From a virus (lineage: Duplodnaviria > Caudoviricetes): a DNA stretch of 64,000 bases. The notes beneath the pieces were generated by a model that ran no database searches, was not told where the DNA came from, and worked only from the letters and a program-made list of their open reading frames with translations. The number at the start of each line of letters is the position of its first letter. The stretch's first letter is position 1. Made by a program: the position numbers and the translations under genes. The stretch spans positions 96,001-160,000 of the IMG/VR virus record IMGVR_UViG_3300028048_000001; one strand, 5' to 3'. This document shows positions 29,184-37,529 of the stretch, piece by piece.

Positions 29184-29990
29184 TCATAATCTATTAAATA
29201 AATCTGATAAATTTCCAACTAGTTTAGGATCTTTATTTTTATCTATATTATCTTCTCCATAAAATTCTTTATTTATATCATCTAAAATATCTGTATAACC
29301 AAGTTTAGATTCTTTTTCTAGGTAATCCATCGGTATATGATAAGCTTTACTTATAGCTTCTCTTCCATATGGTGTTCTCTTTATTTTATCTAAAGCTTTT
29401 TGGTCTTCCAACATTTGTTGTTTATATAAATCTTCAAAAGTAATATTTTTTCTAGAATTTAATATTTTTAATTGCTCTTCAGCTATTTGTACAGCAGGAT
29501 CTTCTGTCTTAAATACAGATGGATCAATATTTTCTCCTTCCATATACTCTTCTTCAAGAGAATAAGAAGTTTCATCATAATGATCATCTGTATAAATTTC
29601 AGTTTTCATCAAATGGAATCTTGTAGCAAGTTCTTCGCCATGATAAAATACATAAAGAGCCCAAAGATAAGAAAATACTAAATCGTCATGTGCATCGTCA
29701 GCATGTTCAGTTTTACCATTAGGTTTAACTACCATTGTACAAAGCTCATCATATATTTCTTTAGAATTGAACTTATCTCTATGATGTTGTACTCTTTGAT
29801 GAAGAAGTTCAATTAAAAGATTACGAGTTTGCTTTGTAGATGTACCACCATATACTTTTACTTTTCGTGTTTTTCTACGTACAGCTGTACCATCAAATAC
29901 TTCTTCTGTCATTCTATCTTTAATTTCATAATATAGATTTTTCTTGATAGAAGTTTTTAAAAGCATTTGAAGAACAGAAGAACCAAAACC
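29184..29990 (-). CDS. terL: Terminase large subunit, exon 2 (nuclease C-terminal part)
   Basis: GFGSSVL continues IENNG of exon 1; HADDAHDDLVFS nuclease motif. Confidence 0.85.
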   Translation of the reverse strand, partial: GFGSSVLQMLLKTSIKKNLYYEIKDRMTEEVFDGTAVRRKTRKVKVYGGTSTKQTRNLLIELLHQRVQHHRDKFNSKEIYDELCTMVVKPNGKTEHADDAHDDLVFSYLWALYVFYHGEELATRFHLMKTEIYTDDHYDETSYSLEEEYMEGENIDPSVFKTEDPAVQIAEEQLKILNSRKNITFEDLYKQQMLEDQKALDKIKRTPYGREAISKAYHIPMDYLEKESKLGYTDILDDINKEFYGEDNIDKNKDPKLVGNLSDLFNRL

Positions 29991-30459
29991 ATTTATGTTT
30001 AGAATCGATCGCAACTCAATTCCTCTAGTTAATTCTAGACACTCTCATTACAAGTAGTGATCAGATCATTTGTTCACCCATAAAATGGGGCAGTATTTTT
30101 CTTCCTCCATTAGCTTGAGGTTCTACTCTTCCGTAAGAAGATGATCGTTGAGCCTTAATCTTATTTAAAAATAATACCTGGAATTAAATTCAAAAACATA
30201 TATATTTTTATCTTCCTTTATAATAAAATTAATTCCAAATATTATTTTTTAAATTTAGATTATTGGTTGCTATACTTTGGCTTCTAACAAAGACTTAGGA
30301 TTTAACCATATCTTTATCCAAACTTTTCTTTCTGATTTCTCAACATTCACGCTTGTCTTTTCAGGCTACGTTGTAGTAAGTTTGGCTCTTAACCAGTGAG
30401 TCATAGCAATTAACACTGAAACATTGACAGATTACTCTATCAAGTGAGACTTTAGTTGC
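29990..30459 (-). ncRNA. Group I intron (IA2-like, ~469 nt, no homing endonuclease ORF) in terL
   Basis: P2 TTGATAGA-GTAA-TCTGTCAA; P3 CAGTGTT/AATACTG; P4 TTGCTAT/ATAGCAA; P7 GATCA/TGATC; P7.1, P7.2, P8 and P9-type hairpins; interrupts ENNG|GFG. Confidence 0.85.
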
Positions 30460-31890
30460 TCCGTTGTTCTCAATTATACAGATAGCATTTTTAGCATATC
30501 CTGTTACAAATTGATATATTAAATCTGCCAATTCTGGCATAGTAATAAAATTATTTCTAAATGTAGCAATAACTTTAGTAGTCTCAGAATCTATAACTGT
30601 TATAGCTGAAGCATCTCTATGAACTCCAGAAGCTGTATCAACACCAATGATTAGTGGGTATGTAGACCCTACTGGTATTGTATCCCAAAATTTCATTTGG
30701 AATTGTCCAGACTTGCCAAAGAATAAAGTATATCTAGGTTCTTCTTTAACCATGGAAGCTATAACTTCTAAATCTTCTCTATTGAATGGATTGTTATCTG
30801 CCATTTTAGCCCATTCAATTAATACTTCTCTTCGTATTTTAGACCAATCATTCTGTAAAAGTTTTACCATATTATCAAAATACTTAGCACCTTTACCAAG
30901 CATTTGATATGTATATCTTATATGCATGAAATTGGATTGTGTATTTGAATTGATCAAAGACATCAATTTATCATAAGGATAATCATAAAACGATTCATTC
31001 CACTGAGTAGCATTCTCAGTGATCTTATATGCAAATTGTCCTTCTCTAGTAGTAAGGTCTCCTGGAGTTGATGTAATAAGCATTCCATATGGAGATCCAT
31101 TTTTCTTTGCATTTTCTGATGCTGTAGAAAATGCAGGAGCAGCAGCTGTATATACTATATCATTATATGGTAAGAATGCAAACTCATCAAAATATAGTAA
31201 TGGAACAGTAGCACCACGACCAGCACCATCAGCTAAAGCAGGAGTACGAGCACCTGGTAAAGTTGAAATCAAATTTCTATTTATTGGATTTTGTAGAGTT
31301 TCAGCAGTATTTGGTACTCTAACTTGTTTACCATCTCTACCTATAAGAGAATCCATTCTAAGATAATCTGGTAAAGCTGATCTTAAATTCTTTAATGATC
31401 TAAGATTAGATTTAGAGTCATCATGTTTCTTATTTGCAAATAATATTTTACTGTTTGTAGTACCAAAATTAAAAGCCCACAAATAAAAACATAAAGCACT
31501 TATTGATTTACCTTGCTGTCTTGGAATACAAACCACTTGATTTATATTATATACAAACATATAACTCATTGCCAAATTAGCTCTTGTTAATTCATACAAT
31601 TTACCAGAACCAGCTTGACCACCTTCTTCAGGTATTCTTATAACTTCTCTTATATAATACCAATAATTTACACAACATTCTTTAAGAATACGTAACTTCA
31701 TTTCTCTTGATAGCATAGGATTATATGGATTTACTCCAGCTAATCCAGTATCGTATAATAATAAGAAAAATGAATTATTTTTTATTCCTTTTGCTTTAAG
31801 AAAATAATGCATTTTTAAAAAACTCTGATTATTTGTATTATAATCATAATATACTTTAATTGGAGTTTGTACCACATTTAGTACAGCCAT
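30460..31890 (-). CDS. terL: Terminase large subunit, exon 1 (ATPase + start of nuclease)
   Basis: Walker A PRQQGKS, Walker B LYFDEFAF, ITSTPG, nuclease IGVDTASG...IENN. Confidence 0.9.
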
Positions 31891-31964
31891 ATATTATTCT
31901 CCCATTAATAAATTATTATGAAGTAAACATGATATGTAATAATAAAAATTATAGAGGTATAATT

Positions 31965-32627
31965 ATGAAATCTGTAAATTATCATATTATATTTTTTGGA
32001 GTTATACTTGGAATTTTTATGCTTATAATAAAATCAAAAATTGAATATTATAAAGCTAAATCAAAAATAATGAATGAAAATATAACAGCAATAGCATCTA
32101 ATAAAGAATTTATATCATGTATAATTCAATATATTAGAAAAAATCCTAATATATCAAACATATTAAATTCATATATTCCTTTTGAGATTTTTAGATATAG
32201 ATGTTTAGAACAATTAAAAGAAGATTTTAAAAATGATTATAAAAATAATATAGAGTTTTTACCAGATACAACAATAAAAAATCCTGTTGCTTATTTAGAT
32301 ATATTTCCATATTTTAAAACATTAGAATTAAAATTAGAAGTATTTACCAAAGCTATAGAATCTTTAAGTATAGAAAAAGAATTATTACAATTATATTCAT
32401 ATCATATAGAAAATAACATAAAAGAATTAGAAAAAGAAGAGAATAATATTATTATTTTCAATAAAACTTTTAATGATAATTATGAAAAAAATAATTTACC
32501 ATTACACCCAGCAGAAAAAGATAAAAATAATTACGAAGACGTAGAATATCCTGAAGAAATAGATTTTAATAAATTAATATCTATGGAAGTAGTAGAAGAA
32601 TTTGATGATAATTTAAAAGAATTTTAA
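31965..32627 (+). CDS. Membrane-anchored hypothetical protein
   Basis: ATG 31965 after GAGGT; N-terminal TM helix. Confidence 0.55.
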   Translation: MKSVNYHIIFFGVILGIFMLIIKSKIEYYKAKSKIMNENITAIASNKEFISCIIQYIRKNPNISNILNSYIPFEIFRYRCLEQLKEDFKNDYKNNIEFLPDTTIKNPVAYLDIFPYFKTLELKLEVFTKAIESLSIEKELLQLYSYHIENNIKELEKEENNIIIFNKTFNDNYEKNNLPLHPAEKDKNNYEDVEYPEEIDFNKLISMEVVEEFDDNLKEF

Positions 32628-32670
32628 TAAAAAATAAAACAGGGGTAGACTAATGTCTACCCCCATTCTT

Positions 32671-33108
32671 TTATTTATTTGTAAGATTTCTACCACAGAA
32701 AGGACAATACAAAGCTTCTAACTCTGCTAACTTTATATTGCCCTCACCATCTGCAAAATATGCTGCTAAGATTCCTGTCCATTTTTTATTATTACAAATA
32801 GGGCAATCATCCATCTTTTCTAATATAATAGACAGAATCTTATTTCTGCTTTTTATTCTTTTATTAGAAGCAGCATTTTTCAGTAGTCTTTCTGTTTCGT
32901 TCTTATCTAATACATAAGACATTAATTTATCTGGATTGTTTAAACAATCACAGCAAATCTCATCTTTCATATTAGGATTATCTTTTATTGCTTTTTCACA
33001 TATAGAGCATCCATAATCTGCTCTATATAAAAAGAGCTCTTCATAAAGTTTATCTTTTTTGATTAGCTCTTCCATATACTTGTAATCTTTTGGAATATAG
33101 CATATCAT
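32671..33108 (-). CDS. Cys-rich zinc-binding protein
   Basis: CSIC, CCDC, CPIC, CPFCG. Confidence 0.6.
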   Translation of the reverse strand: MICYIPKDYKYMEELIKKDKLYEELFLYRADYGCSICEKAIKDNPNMKDEICCDCLNNPDKLMSYVLDKNETERLLKNAASNKRIKSRNKILSIILEKMDDCPICNNKKWTGILAAYFADGEGNIKLAELEALYCPFCGRNLTNK

Positions 33109-33114
33109 ATTATT

Positions 33115-33552
33115 TTACTTTACCCTCTGATCTTCTGCTACTCCGACAAAGACTTTGAATTTGTAGATTTTTCCATCTTTGGTCTCTGTCAGATACTTTG
33201 CAATATCATCCTGTTTAATATTCAAGGTGATATATGCAACCCTGTTTTCTTCTACCAGCCTTTTGATCTCTTCAGGAGTTATTCTGAAGATCACAGGATT
33301 TCCAGGAGCTCCATAGTTTTTCATGCACATCTTTGTGCCGTCCATACACTGAGCTTTGTATCCTGTAGCTTCAAAGGTTCCATCACACCTCTTCTTGCAC
33401 CACTCACAATATCCATCTTCAACACATTCTGCATAAGCGCAGTTAGGCTGAAAATCTTTTCTCTTGGGAGGGGTGGGCTTCTTTACAAAAGTTTCATTAG
33501 TTTCAGTGGTCGTGTTTTCATTGATCATGTTCATGTTCATTTCTTCACTCAT
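33115..33552 (-). CDS. Cys-rich hypothetical protein
   Basis: ATG 33552 after AAAAGGAG; several Cys; higher-GC codon usage. Confidence 0.6.
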   Translation of the reverse strand: MSEEMNMNMINENTTTETNETFVKKPTPPKRKDFQPNCAYAECVEDGYCEWCKKRCDGTFEATGYKAQCMDGTKMCMKNYGAPGNPVIFRITPEEIKRLVEENRVAYITLNIKQDDIAKYLTETKDGKIYKFKVFVGVAEDQRVK

Positions 33553-33608
33553 TGTTTTTCTCCTTTTCAACAATTTTAACAAGTTTCTGAGTTTATATTA
33601 TAACAGGA

Positions 33609-34787
33609 TTATTCCTGATATAACCTTTCGCACCACTCATTGTAGTATGCCCATACTTTATGAGAGTTTTTATTAGTACCTTTTTTATTATGCTTACCAG
33701 TATTGTATGAATAATAAGCATTTTCAGAAATACCATGATTTCCTACACAAATATTCATTTCATCCATTCCAGCCCGAATATTTATGTAATCATCATATTG
33801 CAACTCATCACAGGTTAATCCATGATATTCTGAAATTAATCCTTTCTTTTTCAAATCTTTCCAGTTACATGAATTAACTTGCATAATTCCAAGGTCTCTA
33901 GTACCATTGGAATTATAATTACTTCTTACTCTACCCAAATCACTTTCCTGTTGCATTACACCTAACAGAAAAGCATAATAATGTTCTGGATCTGCTGGAT
34001 AAAATTCTTTGCAAAGATCATATGTATATCTTTGCAAATCCTTACTAAATCCATATTTTTCAGCAAGATAATTTGAATATGGTGTCTTATCTAAATTATC
34101 TTGATATAATTTATATTCTTTTTCTGTGCCAATATAATCAGATTTTATATAATATGATTGATCATCATATAATATTTCTGACCAACCATTTTCATCCTTA
34201 ACAACTCTTACATCAGTACCAGTATTTAATACTGTTATTGATTCTGATTCTTCAGAAGGAGAAGTTCTTACATTTACATTGGTAAAAACTTTTTCAATAG
34301 AAGAATTATATTTCTTATATTCAGTTGTAGTTCCAAGATATTCGGATTTAATATATCCTGGATTTTCATTATATAGAACTTTTATCCAGTCTCCTTCATC
34401 TTGTAAAACATCAACCAATGTATTTTGAGAAATTTCTCCCAATATATTTGAATTTATATCAGGATTTTCTCTTACATTAACATTAGTAAAAGTTAAATTC
34501 TGATATTGAATCTGAGAATTATAATCTGCTTTTGTCTCGTTTAAACTCAGTACTAATGAATCTGTACTTGATGTTTCTACAATAGCAGAAGAATCTGTTG
34601 TTGATGCTTCTGCTATATTTTTATGCATTAATATGATAGCAAATATGATAACAAATGCAACTATTAATCCGAAAGACATATAAAAACCATTACTTTTTAT
34701 TTTTTGAATTGTCTTTCTTCTTTCTTCTCTTTTCATGTTTTTGTTTCTTATTTTCCAAAAATTTTTAGCTCTTTCTTCCCCGTTCAT
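33609..34787 (-). CDS. Membrane-anchored lytic transglycosylase with two SH3b domains
   Basis: TM helix; two NVNVR..P...W..V.Y..GYIKS.Y SH3b repeats; SLT motifs MQQES, DLGIMQVN, YN.G. Confidence 0.8.
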   Translation of the reverse strand: MNGEERAKNFWKIRNKNMKREERRKTIQKIKSNGFYMSFGLIVAFVIIFAIILMHKNIAEASTTDSSAIVETSSTDSLVLSLNETKADYNSQIQYQNLTFTNVNVRENPDINSNILGEISQNTLVDVLQDEGDWIKVLYNENPGYIKSEYLGTTTEYKKYNSSIEKVFTNVNVRTSPSEESESITVLNTGTDVRVVKDENGWSEILYDDQSYYIKSDYIGTEKEYKLYQDNLDKTPYSNYLAEKYGFSKDLQRYTYDLCKEFYPADPEHYYAFLLGVMQQESDLGRVRSNYNSNGTRDLGIMQVNSCNWKDLKKKGLISEYHGLTCDELQYDDYINIRAGMDEMNICVGNHGISENAYYSYNTGKHNKKGTNKNSHKVWAYYNEWCERLYQE

Positions 34788-34990
34788 ACTTCAAAATCAC
34801 TCCTTTCAAAAGTTCCTCCAACAAAAATATTCGTATCAAGATCTTTAATCCTGTAATACGAATTGTTGTCTTCTTTAGTGTGATGAATATAAGCCTTGAT
34901 GTGAAACATTGCTTCGCTTAAAGTTTTAACAGTAGACAAAGGTAACTCATCGTATTTCAAACTAGCAGCATATTTAATTATCTGATACAT
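34784..34990 (-). CDS. Small hypothetical protein
   Basis: AGGAGG RBS; early motif at 35040; ATGA overlap with the next gene. Confidence 0.6.
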   Translation of the reverse strand: MYQIIKYAASLKYDELPLSTVKTLSEAMFHIKAYIHHTKEDNNSYYRIKDLDTNIFVGGTFERSDFEV

Positions 34991-35127
34991 TTTTCCTCCT
35001 AAATAAAATTATATCAACATATTCATTTTTATAATATCTATTTAAAAAATATTATAAATAGATATATTTAATTATTACAAAATATTGTACTTTTTTATAA
35101 AAATTAATTTTATTAAGGAGATTAATT

Positions 35128-35931
35128 ATGACAGAATTTAATGGTATTCCTTTTCAATATAATCCTGCTATAACTAATGTAAATATAGATAATCAACTTG
35201 CTGGTATTCTATCTCAACTTGGTGATGATTATATTCTAGATATAGTTAAGGATTCTATAAATGATAGATTTAGAATCTATGATTTACCAAGACCTAATAT
35301 TGTAAATGCATTTGAAATTACATTTAAAGATTTAACTAATGGTTTTACATCAAATACAGATGAAATTTATGATACAAGAAAAAGAGTATATAATACAATT
35401 ATTAATATTATTTGTGATTATTATAATTTTACTTTTAATAGCAATGATGATACAGATTTATATTCTGCAGCATATTGGCTATATGATATATTTGTATCAA
35501 ATTTTACAACATCTCTAATTAATTTTTATACTTTATATTTAATTAGAGAACGTTATCCTATTAATACTGCTCTTGGATTATCTGAAATGAATAAAATTAA
35601 TGAAACTACTTATACTTATTCAAAAAGATTATTCAAAGATCCAAATTTAGCAAGTATTCATTGCAATCTTGAATATGTAATTGATCAGATTAGTAATTTT
35701 GATATTAGTATTGATACTATATTAAATACTATATATAATAATGCGAATAGTAGTGTAGCTTCTTATGTTACAAGTATTATTTCAGATAATACTGGTATGT
35801 TTTTTAAAAAATATTATGAATCATTTATATATGGAAAAGAAGCAGCAGATATCCTTACTCAAATTAAATTAAATTTACAACAATTAGGAAGCGAGATCGA
35901 ACCTTTAGAACCTTTTGCTCTTGGAGAATAA
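35128..35931 (+). CDS. Hypothetical protein
   Basis: AAGGAG RBS; late motif at 35088. Confidence 0.65.
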   Translation: MTEFNGIPFQYNPAITNVNIDNQLAGILSQLGDDYILDIVKDSINDRFRIYDLPRPNIVNAFEITFKDLTNGFTSNTDEIYDTRKRVYNTIINIICDYYNFTFNSNDDTDLYSAAYWLYDIFVSNFTTSLINFYTLYLIRERYPINTALGLSEMNKINETTYTYSKRLFKDPNLASIHCNLEYVIDQISNFDISIDTILNTIYNNANSSVASYVTSIISDNTGMFFKKYYESFIYGKEAADILTQIKLNLQQLGSEIEPLEPFALGE

Positions 35932-35939
35932 AAAGAAAA

Positions 35940-36173
35940 ATGGAAAAAGAAGAAGAGACTAATAAAAAACTTAAAATTCATGAAAAAGAAGAAAAATTTA
36001 CTTGCATATTTTGTGCAATGGTATATAGAACAAATGAATATTCTGATAGAGAACCATTTAGAAAATACTACGATAAAATTTGGTCAAAATGTCCAAGATG
36101 TGAATGGATTTCATATAAAGCTGTAGAAAAACCAAAAAATGAAATAGATAATTATAAAGGAGAAGATTATTAA
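35940..36173 (+). CDS. Small zinc-ribbon protein
   Basis: CIFC...CPRC. Confidence 0.55.
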   Translation: MEKEEETNKKLKIHEKEEKFTCIFCAMVYRTNEYSDREPFRKYYDKIWSKCPRCEWISYKAVEKPKNEIDNYKGEDY

Positions 36174-36174
36174 A

Positions 36175-37272
36175 ATGAATAATAATGAATCAAATAATAT
36201 AGTGCCTATTAAAGAAAAAGAAGTTAATCAAGAATCAAAAACTTTAGCTATGGAAACATATAATCCCGCTACGGGAAATATTGTAACTTCTCCAGTTAGT
36301 GATAATGATGTAAAAGCGTTATCTGATTTACATTTTGATAAATTTATTTATAATTCTGAAAATATTTTAGATAATGATGATTTAAAGAAATTATTTCCTG
36401 ATGCTATTGGCGATGATATAGAAGATATTAAAAAAGTTAATGAATTAATTAAAAGAAAAAATAATGGACAAAAAATTACTTATGAAGAACTTCCTAAATT
36501 TTTAAAAAATAGTGTTATAAATATTGTATCTAAATCTTTAGATGATAATACACCATCTTTTGCTTATATGAATAATAAAACCCAATTAAATTATATTGCT
36601 AATTTAGTAATAGGACAATTAGTTGAAGAGTATAATAAAAAGAATACTAATTTTGATATAGATACAATGTTAGCTGGATTTGATGAATCTATAGATAAAT
36701 TACAAATAGAAACTTCAAAAGAATTTGGTGATATACTTATGTCTTTTGATGAAGAAAGAAAAAAAGAAATTAATAATGCAATTGAAAGATGTAAAAGAGA
36801 AGGTAAAGAAGAAGCTGTAGAAAAATTTCAAAAAATTAAAAATGTAATTGATGAAGCTTATAATTTAGATAAATTTTCAGAATTCTGTAAACATGTTAAA
36901 ATTAAAAAATTTGATATTGAAAAACCGAAAAGAATCTTTTTATCTTTTAATACTAAATATATGAATCACACTAATAATATTAACGATATCCAATATTGTC
37001 CTGTTGTATTAGATAGGCATAATATTAGTGATCATAATTCTAATATGAAATTATGTTTAGCATTTTGTAAATATTGTATGAATTATTCTCCTGACAATAT
37101 AGAAGAACATACTTTTATGTATTATTTTATTAAGAATATTATTCTTCTTGATAGAATAAATCCAAAAGGTAAAATATATGATACCTTAGACGAAAGATCA
37201 AAGAATTTTTATGATGGGTTTATTAATAATATTTTAAAATGTATCAATAATATTAATAATAAAACATTATAA
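36175..37272 (+). CDS. Hypothetical protein
   Basis: AAGGAG RBS, operonic. Confidence 0.65.
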   Translation: MNNNESNNIVPIKEKEVNQESKTLAMETYNPATGNIVTSPVSDNDVKALSDLHFDKFIYNSENILDNDDLKKLFPDAIGDDIEDIKKVNELIKRKNNGQKITYEELPKFLKNSVINIVSKSLDDNTPSFAYMNNKTQLNYIANLVIGQLVEEYNKKNTNFDIDTMLAGFDESIDKLQIETSKEFGDILMSFDEERKKEINNAIERCKREGKEEAVEKFQKIKNVIDEAYNLDKFSEFCKHVKIKKFDIEKPKRIFLSFNTKYMNHTNNINDIQYCPVVLDRHNISDHNSNMKLCLAFCKYCMNYSPDNIEEHTFMYYFIKNIILLDRINPKGKIYDTLDERSKNFYDGFINNILKCINNINNKTL

Positions 37273-37283
37273 CATTATAATAA

Positions 37284-37500
37284 TTAAAGATATATTTTTA
37301 CTGCCCAATTCCTTTAATTATATATCTTTGATCTTCTTCGTGCTTTGTGACTCTTGTTGTTGTGTATTCATTATTTCTCCTTACTTTATTATTTTTAACT
37401 TTTATTCTTGATTGTTTCGTGTGTGTTCATGGATAAGGCCTCCTTTCGATCAATGTTCTGGCAAACCCAGTAGGAATCTCCTACTGGGTTCTTATTTTTT
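37284..37500 (+). ncRNA. Candidate small RNA with anti-Shine-Dalgarno segments
   Basis: Late motif AACA-N6-TAAT at 37271; 5' hairpin 37286-37329; pyrimidine-rich body; terminator AACCCAGTAGG/CCTACTGGGTT at 37464-37490; no long ORF. Confidence 0.45.
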
Positions 37501-37529
37501 TATTAAAACTTTATAATAAATCAAACTAA

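Noticed and set aside
29991-30014. TTG start at 30014 making the terminase C-terminal half a separate gene
   Set aside because: The first eight codons lie inside intron P9 hairpins; the intron model explains the split better, though separate translation is not formally excluded
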